From assembly GCF_025526975.1 (NCBI RefSeq), contig NW_026515693.1, positions 372,001 to 436,000 of the forward strand: DNA of 64,000 nt, in the 5' to 3' direction. The notes beneath the pieces were generated by a model that saw only the letters and a program-made list of their open reading frames with translations, was not told where the DNA came from and made no database searches. This document shows, piece by piece, positions 21,630-33,885 of the stretch (its first letter is position 1; every line of letters begins with the position of its first letter). This DNA is from Fimicolochytrium jonesii (Eukaryota). The position numbers and the translations under genes are program-made.

Positions 21630-24480
21630 CAACCTAGCTGCAGTCTTTGCGGGAGGCTTTGATGGGGTTGGCTTCGATGCAGCCTGCGATGGGCTTCTGT
21701 GGCGTTGTAACACGGCTGGCTTCGGAGGAGCAGCGCCTTGACCTAAACTCGCTGGCGGCGAGTGTGATGGCTTGTTGACTATGCTTGGTTGGGACTCGGG
21801 GACTGAATTGGCGTGGGGGTGTGGGGGCGGCGGCGGTTAATGCCCGCTGCCTAGCCATCTCAACCCCGCACTCTGCCTCAAAGAGTGCAGAGTTCTTCAA
21901 CTGGGTCCATTTAGGAATCTTGGGTACCCAGGGGGACGTAGATGAGAGGCATTGTTTCCAGTTTTGTCACGATGTCCATTGACTGGAAGCGTGGAGGTGC
22001 AGAGGTCGTACGCTGATACAAGGGCTTGGATGGTGCCCATTGCGGTACAGCTACGCACAATCCGGGCGGGTCACGCTGAGGGGAGGTGCACTAGAAAGAC
22101 GACAGGAGTGGAGATGGTCAATCCGTCCTGAGATTTGAGCGCCTTGAGGATGGTCGCCCTGTCAGAAGCGATGGCGGTCTCCATCACGCCAACGGCGCAC
22201 TTGTCATCATTGACATCGGGAGCAACAGTAGTATGAACAAAAAACAAAGAAGGAAAAAGACAACACCACTGCCCGGGCCTCTAGTGCATCGTGATAGGAG
22301 AGAGATGTTAGCCGGTGGCACAACCGTAAAGATCTCAGCAATTCACCACCGTGGTACTCACGTTCAAAAGCGCCTAGCGCCTACGCTCGGAGCCCCAGGG
22401 CACGGCCCCGCAGGGATACCCGTCATCGCTTCCGCCATCGTGGGCGGCCACACACAGGCAGCCCCACCCCCTGATTATGGAAATGAGAGGAAACAGATGC
22501 AGTTAGAAGAAATCCATGTGATTCGAAGAGGATGTGAACAGTGATTCAACTTACCCGAACGCCAGCACCCGCAAAGAAGAAGGCAACCCGTTCCTCCAGC
22601 ACGCGCGCCGCTGTTGCGGTGGGCGCAGCGCGCTGTTGCTGAGGGGGGGGGGGGGGGGGGGGGGGGGAGGGGGGGGTTGCTGGTGAGGGGGGGTGGTGTC
22701 GCTGGTGGGGAATTGATGGGTGGCGGGTGTGGGCAACTGTTCTGTTGGTCTACGGTGGTGGTAGTGGCATTGGTAATGCGCACATGGTGTTCTCGATGAA
22801 AGGTTCAAGGTTCGCCTGAAAAAACTCGTCTCGGTCAATGAGTTCCTCTGGGCATACTAGGCGTCGGCGGTGATGACCAGGTCATTTGCATGGACGAATT
22901 TGTCTCGGTACTGATACTGTTCCGCCATCCGCTTGAGGGAAGCCCCCACTTCGTAATATCGATTCGCGCACGACCGCTGCTTGGGCCTGGGATGGGATTG
23001 GGGCTCTCGCTTATGCGAAGAGTTGGCGAACTGACCGGGTATTGTGACCATGGCTTCGTTATTTGGCTCGTTCTGGAGTTGGACGGTGAAATGATGAGCA
23101 GCCATGCTACTATGTGCAGGCCCAGATTGTCTTCAGCGGATGTCGGTTCTGGGATTCCGACCAAGATGGACGTCCTCATCTAGCTGATGGCGCGTTCGTG
23201 TGTCCAGGACCTCGACGTCGATACTGCCACCAATGCAGGGGCCACCAGTTATGGTAGGATAGGAATGCTTGTTCATTCGAGGCCGAGTGTTTTCATGGTC
23301 CCTGACGCATCCAGGTTTTCCAGCGGAAGTCCCTTCGGATGACAATTCAGAGTCTTCATCTTACATGTCTTCGTTCATACCGCGACCCGGGGAGGGGCTA
23401 CTGTAGAACGTATTCGTTCGCTCTTCCGCCACCTGCTTGGTATGAATCGACAGAGTCGTTGCCATGGTTTCGGTCGAAAGAGATATGAGCATCGGCGGGC
23501 GCCCTTCCCAGGTTTCCAATGTCCTCCCAATCTTTCTCATCTAAAAGTAACTGCAGATCTGCCTGCCTCCAAATGCCAGTTCTTTTCCCGGTGAGGATGT
23601 AGGCTTCGACCATGACAAAATGGCACCCTCTCATCAGGTCCCGAGTAAAGCCGGTGCCGGCGCCGTAGTGCCGTACTGTGGTGGAAAAGCGCGCCAGCCC
23701 GGTCTCAAGGTGCCTGTAGGATCCCTAAAGATCCTCGTCCTTCAGGTTCTCGCTTTGTGGATGACCTCTATTCGGTGCCGACCCCCTCGTCCGGTCCGCT
23801 TGGGAGATGATGTGGGAACGGCAGCTCGGTGCAGAAGCTGACACATGCGTTCAAAACTGCTCTCATGTAGTATGATGATTACATAGTCTGCAATCTCTCT
23901 TCCAGGTATCGTCAAAGAGGTGTACATAAGATTGATCATAACCTCTTTGTCCTTCTGCTGGGTTGCTAAGGTCGGTATAGGACTTCTACTGCCTTTGCAT
24001 AGCCCAAGTCTTTCGCCCACTCGGAGGCTTCCGAGGTCAGATTGAAGCCTTCGTCGTCGTTCAGGTCCTGCGTGACATCTTCGTTGCAACGGGTCAGCGT
24101 CGCTGTGATACGACCACTGTCTTCTGCACTTGTTGTTCTGCCCGAGCTGCTTTTAGGTGAATAGCCAGACAATCCGCACGCGATCCTATTGATGCGATCC
24201 TCACTGGCGGTGCACACGCAGTCAAGTAGGAATTCAACCGTGTGTGCACCGTCAGAGATCATCCAAATGTCTCCTCGCGTGGAGTGCCGACATCGATACA
24301 GCGCCTCGACCGTGGACGGAAGGAGGAGATTGCTGAGCACCAGGTGTGGGTGCTGACCCGCCGATGCCCGACCCGCCAGGAACTTCTGCGCCGACAGTAC
24401 TCTTTCGAATCGGGCTCCCGGAACTGGAGTCAGCAGTACGGCCGGCCGCCATCAACGCACGAGGGCCACCAACAGCAGGT
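21630..24480 (-). mobile_element. Decayed coding-like sequence, probably transposon-derived; family not identified (faint Ulp1-protease-like pieces)
   Basis: Patchwork of short protein-like frames broken by stops and frameshifts (PGREIADYVIIIL, GCHFVMVEAYIL, DVEVLDT). No spliceable gene model found. Confidence 0.3.
22643..22676 (+). repeat. Poly-G tract (G25-A-G8)
   Basis: Read directly from the sequence. A similar G20 run lies at 59186-59205 just after the MNS1 stop. Confidence 0.9.
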
Positions 24481-24504
24481 GGAGTGGAGTTCGGAGTACT
24501 GATT

Positions 24505-25251
24505 TCACTTATCCTTCACGACTCTCCGACGGTTGATCCGGCCATTGATGTACTCGTCGTACGCCCTTGGCCAAAGGCCGACAGAACAAGAGGTCACGCT
24601 TGTTTAGATCAATGCTGACGATGTTTGGAGCCTCCCTTAGTTCGGCGATGTGGTGCTCAAAATACAGCTGCTCGACTTCTTCCCGCATTTCAGCCTTGCT
24701 GCGCTTCCGCGCCCGATAGCCATACTTGAGCCCTGGCTTCTTGAAGTGGATGGTAACGGAATACCCGTTTGTGCTGATTGATCCATCAAACTTGAGACCA
24801 AGCTTCTTTCGATGCTTGAAAACCTTGTCCTACAATCCGTCATTCAGCGAGGTGACTATAGACTACCGTGCTTCCGCTGGTCATGGTAGTGCTTTACTCA
24901 TGTTCATCTCCGAATGTTGACCCGAGTTTCAGATAGTCCACGCAGCTCGGCTGATGTCCCTTGAGCTTTGGGTTGTGATAGGGTTCGGATGCGCTCGGTT
25001 TCTTTCATAGGCGGCGACCCATCCGAAGTACTCTGTAAAGGCGATCTGGAGCACGTCGCTGGACTTCGTTCTCAAGGACACTCACTTAGGAAATATGTCC
25101 TTCGGCGGTGCCGAATGCGAAAGTCCTTGAGGAGACCAAGTTCCATTGTTGTTATGCTTTGGCAACGATGACGGAAAGCAGCTAGGGTCTCCAGAGAGTG
25201 GCGGGCGTACTGGGTTCCCAGGACGACTTCGACGGCAACGAACATCCACAT
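24505..25251 (-). pseudogene. Fanzor1 (TnpB-like RNA-guided nuclease) relic with large internal deletions
   Basis: Minus frame 24829->24581 reads DKVFKHRKKLGLKFDGSISTNGYSVTIHFKKPGLKYGYRARKRSKAEMREEVEQLYFEHHIAELREAPNIVSIDLNKRDLLFC. This contains the Fanzor1 F-x-G-S-I-x-T-D-G-x-S-V motif followed by RuvC-I (IDPNKRD-type; Asp codon at 24610-24608). Collinear flanking pieces: YHNPKLKGHQPSCVDYL and RVNIR (24980-24909), AYDEYI..INRRR (24565-24520). Confidence 0.88.
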
Positions 25252-25254
25252 CCC

Positions 25255-25327
25255 CGAATGCCTTCACACTTGACGGCGGCGCATCGAAGGCGAATGCCTT
25301 CACACTTGACGGCGGCGCATCGAAGGC
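25255..25327. repeat. Perfect 36-bp tandem duplication
   Basis: CGAATGCCTTCACACTTGACGGCGGCGCATCGAAGG twice, at the inferred 5' end of the Fanzor relic. Confidence 0.95.
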
Positions 25328-26535
25328 CGAATAATCTGCTTCTCGAGTTCGAAACGTTCATGCTCGCTATCAGTTCGATTACGCCGGGCTGTTTGTTCTG
25401 TGTCCAGTACAGAACTGCTGACTCTATTCCGATAGTCTGCTCCTTTCCAAACACGGCCCGCTTCTTGTTCCCACAGCAAAGAGATCGCGACTGCGCCACT
25501 CCCATTCTTCGTTTATGGGCTGCACTCCGAACTACGTCTATTCACAACCTCTTCCGAAGATTACCGTGGGAATAGGTCTAGCGAATCGCGGGGCATACGC
25601 AACCACTTAACCAAAACGTCTAGTTTCATTGACCAGTAGTGACCAAAAGGCAAGGCTCCATGACCTGAGGCGTGGACTTGCAGCCTGCGAAACATCAATG
25701 AGCTAGGCGTGTGAGCGTGAGGTTAAAGGGGGGGCGCCGGGATGGCGCCAATAATCCTTTTGCCCAGCCTCGCTTTTTCTTTTTGCTTCCGTTCTTATTT
25801 TGTTTTTAGGAACCACGGCATATATCTGTCTGCCATATCTTCATCTTGAGGTGGGGGCGTAGAGACTTCTTCCTCTCTATCTCGAAAGGATCTTCCATTG
25901 GCCGTGCAGCCTTGTGTCGCAGGACACCACCAAACAGGTTCTCCATCCAGTCGCCCTCCTCCGCCGCTGGATCGCGTCCAGGGCAGCTGAACGTAGGGGA
26001 GGGTGACCGGATGTGCAAAGTCGTGCGTTATCGTCACAAGTGCTCGTTCGGAGAGTGATATGATTGCCGGGTCGCTAAATGTCCTTAATGGAGGCAAGAT
26101 CATTACGTTTGTGGTCGGAAGTCCCGTCGACAGTGCTTCCCATTCCGGGCTGTCTTTGGTGCACTCGCCCGGTTTGTCCTGCCTGCGGCGCTTGTCCCTC
26201 TGTGTGTGTGTGTGCCGCTGTCGCTGTTGTCGATGCCTGCGGTTCTCCGCTTCCGCTCGCCGCCCAGCAGCATGTTGGCGGACGGTGTCTTCGTTGGGCG
26301 TTTGCGCGAAGGGAACACGAACAGGCACAACGTGGGCTCCAGCAACAAACGGCGACGAGACAACGGGAAGCACGACGGTGGGCAGGTCATGCGCAACCAG
26401 AGGGGCAACCGCCGTCCGGGTATTTATAGAGGTGGTGGTGGCCTGCCACCTGCTCCGCCTCCCATCCCACGCTCTTGTGCAGTCATCGTCACTTCACCCT
26501 ACCATCTCCAAAGCGAGCCATAGGCCATTTTCAAA

Positions 26536-27682
26536 ATGGTCGACACACCACTCAACCCCCACATCACAACCCTCCCCCTAACAAAAGCCCACATCCACAC
26601 CGCCCTCACCCTCCTCACCGCCCAATTCGCACACTCCTCCACGCCGCACGATCTCGAACTCTTCGGCTTCCTCGCGCAACGATACGGCGCTTCCGAGCCC
26701 GATGCCACCAGCAGCACCGGGTCCCTAATCGTCGTTACCGGCAAATCAATTGATACAACGGACGGCGGCTGGGGAGACACGTTAGCGCAAACGGATGTGT
26801 TTGCGGTGGGGACGATGACTGTGAGTCCCGATCAATCGAGCTCGCCCCAAACGCGGTTATGGGTCCGCAGCGACCTCGTAGCAGAGTCCAGCATGGCGCT
26901 GTGGAAAGCCCTCGTGGGGACATTCGCCGCCCTCGCACCCACATTCCCTGCCTGGACGACACCCCCATCCGACGAGACCGAACAGGGCATTTTTAGCGTA
27001 CAGGGCATCGAATCCCGTGCGTGGGAGTTGATGAAACCGTACTTGAATGTTAGGTGGGAGTCTCATCCGTACCCGCTGTGGACGCTTAGCGGACCGTTGG
27101 GACCCGAGAAGCTGGGGGAGGAAAGTTGGAAGGATGGGGAGGATGGGTTTGTGTTTGATGAGTTGACGGTGGAGGATATCGATCAGGTATGTCCACGGCG
27201 AGAATTCCGTCTTTTCTGATCTCATGTCCAGCAATCTCACCATCCCCCTACGAGTCCAGGTCCTCTCCTGCTCCACAATCGGCGTCGGGCCCCCTTACCT
27301 CACGCACCTCCTCATCACGCCCCCCCTTTCCACCTTCACCTCCGTCATCCGCCACACCTCGCCCACAACACCCACCCACCCCATCTCCTGGTCCCTCACC
27401 CACGCCGGCCTCGCCGTCGCCCTCGTCGGCACCATCGACGCGTTCAAAGGCAAGGGTCTGGCCGGCAAATGCGTCGCGAGGGTATGTGAGAAACACACGC
27501 AATTTCTTGCACGGGTGATGAGGGAGGTACGACCCGGGGAGGAGACTATCAAGACGATTGTGCCGTTTGCGTATATTGATAAAGTGAATGTTGGGAGTCA
27601 GAAGATGATGGGGAGGGTTGGGTTCAAGAGGGTCGAGGGGGTTGAAAGTGTTTGGGCGGAAGTTGGCGGGTTGTCGGGGTAG
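26536..27682 (+). CDS. GNAT-fold acyltransferase, FR47/glycine N-acyltransferase-like; intron 27187-27259
   Basis: FDELTVEDIDQ|VLSCSTI; PISWSLTHAGLAVALVGTIDAFKGKGLAG (acyl-CoA-binding loop); PFAYIDKVNVGSQKMMGRVGF. A phase-0 GT-AG intron joins the two ORFs. Confidence 0.85.
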
Positions 27683-28251
27683 AGAGGTAGAGTGTAGATT
27701 GAAGCGCGGGGAAACGGTCATCGTGTAGGATTAGAATAGCGTGTGAGGACGTTCACATTTGGTACGGACTTATGTATCATGTATTATTGGGCCTTTCAAT
27801 GCTCCTTAGATGGGTTGAGATCGTTGCATTCGTTTTTTCGTTGTTGAGGACATGGAGTGCTGAAAATGAACGTTCACGGTTCGAATTATTCCAACCGTGA
27901 AGGTTGGCATGAGGGTGAAACGCCTGGCATATTGACGACTTTGAGTTGTTCGTAGTGCTGTCACTGATGATGGTCCTTCGGTGCAATATTAGTTTCAGTT
28001 TTCCATAGCGCATGTACCGTTTGCTTCGGGCATCGCATCAAGTCTGACTTTCCAAAGCGGACCTGCCCAATGAGACACAAGAAGACACATGTTCGTTCAA
28101 ATACATTTATTCTCAGGATATCAACATAGCAAAGAAGATGCGAACCATATAAACAGCAAGGGGAGTCAAAATGCATGTGCACAACACCGCAGGTCTCAGA
28201 AGATATCAACCGATGCACAAACATCTACTCTCCATCCCCTGCACCAAATAT

Positions 28252-28794
28252 CTACCTCCACCACCCCCTACCAGCCTGCTTAACGTTTTCGACCGCCTCG
28301 CCGGCCTTATACTGCGCATAATCCTTCGCCCCATACGCCCTGTTCCCCAAACTCTCGCCATCGCTCGCTCCCTCCTGTCCACCTCTCAAATCCTCAGCGA
28401 CCTCATGGGCCTTGAACTGCGCGTAATCCTTCGCGCCGGCGATTTTCTGGCCGAGGGTGTCGCCCGACGACGACGAAGACTCAGCGGAGGAGGTTCCCGA
28501 GGGGTGGCTATGAGCCGGGGCAACACCGGCGAGGGCTTTAGCCGACGCGTAGGCGAGCAGGTCTTCGTCTTGGCCGGGCTCGAGCGAGGGGTCGTCGCCC
28601 AACGAAGACGCAAACGATGTGCTGGGGAGGGTGCCTGAGGGGTGGCTGTGGGCCCACGCGACGCCGCCGAGGGCCTTGGCCGACGCGTAGGCGAGCAGGT
28701 CTTCGTCTTGGCCGGGCTCGAGCGAGGCGTCTGGGAACGGCGCTTCGGCTTCGCTGGAGCGGGCGGAGGCGCGGAGCGAGGAGAAGTAGGACAT
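28252..28794 (-). CDS. Small hydrophilic repeat protein, LEA/hydrophilin-like
   Basis: Two 46-aa repeats (SLEPGQDEDLLAYASAKAL..., 138-bp period) plus two GAKDYAQ(F/Y)KA units resembling group-3 LEA motifs. Confidence 0.7.
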   Translation of the reverse strand: MSYFSSLRASARSSEAEAPFPDASLEPGQDEDLLAYASAKALGGVAWAHSHPSGTLPSTSFASSLGDDPSLEPGQDEDLLAYASAKALAGVAPAHSHPSGTSSAESSSSSGDTLGQKIAGAKDYAQFKAHEVAEDLRGGQEGASDGESLGNRAYGAKDYAQYKAGEAVENVKQAGRGWWR

Positions 28795-30969
28795 TCCTTG
28801 ATGCGTTTCGACGGGTGTTGGGCTTTTGGAACTTTCGGCGCGAGATGATGGGGTTGAGAAGGGTGAAGAAGAGGGTATTGTGTTAGGACGAAGCTGGGTT
28901 TCGCCAGAAACTTCAACGCTCGCGAAAATCCCCGGCGCCGGGCGGGATGGATCATACGCTAACTAAAAAGACTGTGTGCGCCCCCCCTACCTATCAAGCT
29001 GTGTGTATTAACCGAGACCAAAAACGATTTGCGAGCGACGGCCTACCAAGGCAAGCAAACAGGTTAGATACTCAAGCTTGAGATACGTGTACATGCTCGG
29101 GTACAGAGTCGCCTAGAGCCATACGAAGGGAATCCTCGATCCCTCGCACTATAAGCACGACCGGAACCTCCACCCGGGAACGGGCGCAACACCCGTTAAA
29201 ACCCTCTCGATCTCCCTTATTGACGGGAACTCATTGCCTTTTTGCATCTCCACATCGCTCGCAACCACTCACTTTCTCCGACGAGCGTGGATCAGTGTAT
29301 AAGCTGCCGAGGAGGTGTTTCTGAAGTTTCCCAACGAGGTTTATTGATGCTGTGAAAACGTCTCGGCCAACTTGAGGCCGACGGGGGTTTTACCTCTCCC
29401 CTTTTATGCCATTCTTCCCGGACCCAACGCCGCGTTGACACGGCAATGACATTATTGGATTCCGAGTCCCTTGATGTCATGGCATGTGGTCTGGGCGGAG
29501 GGTGGGCGGGGGCGGGGGGGGTTGGGAATGGACGTGGGATGAGATGAATGGGGAGCCCTGAATTGCGAGTTGGGAAATGGGGGGGCGTGACGCGCTGTCG
29601 TATTCCCGTCGAGTGTGGCTTCCGCCAGTGGCATCCACCCGTCTCTCAGGATGGAATGTCCCAGAAATGTCCCTATCCAGCAAGCCAAACAGATGATACC
29701 ATGGGAAGTCAAGCCGACCAGCAGATGCAAAGGCTCCTGCTTCCTAACCAGGGACGTTGATTCCCGCGCTCTAACTTAAGCCGGACCTCAGCGACGAGAA
29801 AGAAGAGACGATGCGATATCCATTTGAGAATGGTATTCTAAACCAAGCTGTTCCGCTCTGCGCCTGTATTCGTTTGGAAGGACTTACCAGCTACGTTCTG
29901 CGTCGCTCATTGGTTGTGGGTAGCGTAGGCTCGGCTGGACATCTACCACTTTCGCATGCCCCTGTGTAGGGATACATACCTCGAAAGAAGACCGTACAAA
30001 CCGTCGGGGAGATAATCAAGGAAGATGATCATGGCGCTCGGAAAAGGAAAAGGAAGGGGTACCGCTTTGGAACATCCGCTCTTCCACTGGGGACGGGAAG
30101 ACAGGGACACAATCAGTGGCGGAATCAAGAAGCCAATCCAAAAAAAAGGCTGGATGATTTCCCCGGCTCGACTGCTGTTGGTACCATACCGTCTGTTTTC
30201 CTTCTTGACCACTGAAGCTGGATACTGAGTCTCGATCTTCTCGGTCTCCGGAAAACATTTTCTTCCTCGACTCGATGTCAACAAGCTCTCTACGATGAAT
30301 TCCGAAGAAGCATGGCACAGACATTCTGCAGGTGGTCGTCTGGACCAGTGGACGATGCACTCAGAGACTTCAGGCTCTTCATCACGCACTGAGAAGACAG
30401 AGGGTGCGATATCTGTAGGGGATTCCGTTCAATCTACCGCCCAAGCCGAGGACGGTATCCGTCAAGATCACTTTGATCGCACCACCCGGTGAAATGGCGT
30501 CTCATGCTGTCCCGTTGTTCAGTCTGGAGCAAATCGGAGGATCAAGCCTGCCGCTACGATTGTGGGTGATGGCCTCAGTCGGGCCGGTCATCGCCTTTGT
30601 TAATTCTCGGCAAATGCACTGAATGTGACGATCTATCGACACATGGTCAGGGAGAGCGGCGGTCCCCGCACCAAGTCCGAACCGCTTTTCAAATGGGCGC
30701 CAGGTCTCAGCGGTCGGTACGGACACCATACTTGAGGTGGAATTTGGACGGTGGTTACCGCTGCGGGCCCGTCGATGTCCAAATCGATTGAAATCTAGTT
30801 GCATGCAGGGGTCACAGGCTGCTGAAGTGTTTCTACCTGTATATATATTTCTGCAGTCTTCAGCTCGTTGTGATTTATGTACACTAGCTACCTCTACGCC
30901 CAAAACCGCTACTGTACTGTGAGATTTTCCCAACTCCCTTCTCTCCCGATGGCGAACATGCTTTCTCGT

Positions 30970-32355
30970 CTAGAACGTATCCCCACACTTCTCCACAACC
31001 TTCGCAGTAACCTCCTGAAACACAGGATACAGCGCCGACTGCGTAAACCGGGAACTGAACGTCCCTCCCTCGGCTTCTATCAGCGTTGTCAAGCCGGGGT
31101 CGATGGGCACCCGGCCCAGGAATGCGACATTGAATTCTTTGGCCATTGCTTCGCCGCCGCCTTTCGAGAAGAGGTCCGTGCATTCCTGTAGGGGATAGAA
31201 ACAGGTCAGGAATGAAAACATTATATTGATGGATGAACGTCGACGGGGATGTCGATGGATGCCGGTGGATGCTCGGATGGATGCTCGATGAGTGGTGAGG
31301 AGCGGGAGCTGCTCGCTTCGCTCGCAAAAAGTGCAACGCTCGCCGGTGCTGGGTAAGAGCTGCAGAGTGATGGACTTATTGCCGTTCCGGCGCAATGTGG
31401 CTCGCTACGCTCGCTATCGCTCGGGCTGCCATCGCAGATCCAGACCGCTCGCTTGGCTCGCACTTCACTTCACTGCGTTCCATCCTCACTGACCCCCGGT
31501 GTGATAGTGGGGTCACTTCGTTCGCAAAACATACCGTGCAATGAGGACAAATGAATCCACTCATATTTTCCACGACCCCAATAATCGGAATCCCAACCTT
31601 CCCGCAAAAGTTCAACTCCTTCCTCACATCCGACAACGCCACCGCCTGCGGGGTCGTCACAATCACCGCCCCATCCGGCTTATAATTCCTCAAGTTCTCC
31701 GCCACCGAGATATGCTCATCCGACGTGCCCGGCGGCGTGTCTATGAGGAGGTAGTCGAGCTCGCCCCAGGCGACGTCTTCGAGGAACTGCTTGATCATGG
31801 CGGTCTTTTTTGGCCCGCGCCAGATCACGGCGTCGTCTTTGTTGGGGAGGAGGAAGCCGAGGGACATGACGGCGAGACGTTTGGTTTCATCGGTGTAGAC
31901 AGGGACCCAGCTGCGAACGAGAATAACGAGTGAGAAGTCGCGCGACGAGGCTGTTGGCCAGGTGTATGATCCGCAATCCTGGGCCTCCGGCCCGATAGGC
32001 TCGGTCTTGCTTTGCAGTCCTCAAGCAATCCTAGGTCTACGGCCCAGTCCTCAAGCATCCCTGGGCCTCGCTTTGCTCGGTGAACACCCCGGTTCGGTTG
32101 GCGAACACCCCGCTTCGCTCGCCATACATACCCATTGGAAGCCTGATGCACCATAGCGTCCTCCAATCCAAACATCCTCGGGATACTGGGCCCGGTCAAG
32201 TCAATATCCAGCACGCCGACCCTCTTCCCGTGCTCCGCGAGTGTTAGTGCGAGTTCGGTTGTGACAGAAGATTTGCCGACGCCGCCTTTTCCGGACAGAA
32301 CGAGGACTATGTGTTTGACGCCCGAGAGGGAGGATGAGGGGAGTTCGGCGGCCAT
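30970..32355 (-). CDS. CFD1: Cytosolic Fe-S cluster assembly P-loop NTPase Cfd1 (NUBP2); introns 32131-31911 and 31534-31186
   Basis: [54 protein letters not shown]. Lacks the N-terminal Cys extension of Nbp35. Confidence 0.95.
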
Positions 32356-32989
32356 TGTTGTGGGGAGGTTTGTGGAAAGTGTAGATGGGGCTGGGGTGGG
32401 ATGTGGTTTTGTGTTTTGTCCAACGGGATTTGTCACCAAAGCCCACAGCGGGACAGAGACTTGCGCGACAAAGAGCAATCCGCCCTGCCAGCGAGCGACA
32501 CAAACACAAACAGCGTCGGTCGGACTGGGAATCAACCCTTCTTCACCTCATCGCAGGCCAAACCACCCCTCTTCATCTCACCTCCCCCGGGAAAATCACC
32601 CAAACACCTGCGACCTTTCGTTTTGCATTTCAACGCAGGCGGAAGCCAGGGAGGCCGATCGCATTTCTTCAACCAGCTGGATCTAAGGGGATAGAGGCGG
32701 GTTTCAGGGAGCCTACTATGCGCAATGTCTACATGGAGTACCCTGACCTCTTCGATGTACCATTCACTGCAATTTTGGAGCAGCCCTCAGAGGCGCCCTC
32801 AGAGGCGCATACCTCTCCTCAAATGAACGGCAGCGTGTGTCTTGCAGGGATGGGAAGCCGAGCTCCGCTCCGCGCGCACGAGCTGAAGCTGAAGTCGGAG
32901 CGATCACAATCGAACAAGGAATCGGCGGTCTTGCGTCTTGCGGGAACTGGAGCCGCATGAAGCATGTCGGATTGTAGTCTGTGATCGAC

Positions 32990-33560
32990 TCATTGTTGAA
33001 GGAAAGGACCCATCTACTCAGGAACTCGCTGCATGGGCGTCAAGAACATTGTCGAAATAATGCAGTGGAGCCTTCTGAAGGCAAGGTGTCTCAGAACGGA
33101 AAGGTAGCCTCGAGCGGTCTGCCGCCACAGCGGACATATGGAAGACGCCGTCTTTTTCCGGGACATACCACGCGCCATCGACAGCCGGCATGCGATGGGT
33201 TTCTCGGGAAAGATGTGCATAGCGCACTGCTGCAGCGCCTGTTGCCCCGTCGAAACCTGCCCACAACTTTGATAGTGGATGGTGGGAAGTTCGGGTGGAG
33301 CGGAGTTTTAGTGACTGCAGACCATCCGTTGGGACTTGCGACCTGCCGAAAGGCTGAGGAATCCGAATACTAAAGAGAGGCTGCGGAACGCCCCACGTAA
33401 GGGGCACTTGGTGTTCCGGAGCAGAAAAGTATGGTGTGCCAACCCTGTCGTTATGAGGCATTGAGGACGTTACCTGAGGACGCTTCACGTCCTGAGCACG
33501 TAACCACATACGTCCACCAGACGTGGAACGTCCAGTGGCAAAAAGGCACGATTGCAGATC
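32990..33560 (+). mobile_element. Frameshifted CACTA/EnSpm-type transposase remnant
   Basis: Stitching frames gives MGVKNIVEI ... KTPS/DIPRAIDS..MGFS/GKDVHSALLQRLLP ... PEHVTTYVHQTW, resembling the CACTA G-x-K-x-x-D-x-H...Q-x-LLP and downstream His motifs. Confidence 0.55.
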
Positions 33561-33885
33561 GAGTTGACCAAAACACGCGTTCGTCAACCCTGAAGACCCT
33601 CACCGCTGCGGTGCCTTTCTTCCTTGTTCCCACGCATCTTCGCTTCGGACATTACGCAGAATTCGAAACGCGTACCTCTCTCATCTCATTGAACTATGCG
33701 GTCGCCGTTCATTGAGAAGCTACCGTCGTAGGCTGTGCGTTGTGCTGTGGTATATCTACTCCTGCGGTCGCTGGCTTACCCAAAACACCGTACGGTAGAG
33801 AGGCAGTGCGTGCTGAGCTCGCCCATGTCCGACATCTCATCCTCTCTGGCTATAGCACTGCACACGGTTTAGCAGAGAGCAATTC

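Noticed and set aside
24000..24505. Fanzor omega-RNA or transposon end downstream of the relic
   Set aside because: The C-terminal third of the gene is missing, and I could not identify a scaffold hairpin or terminal repeat.
25723..25750. TTAA followed by AGGGGGGG, like a Kolobok-type terminus
   Set aside because: No matching inverted end found in the window.
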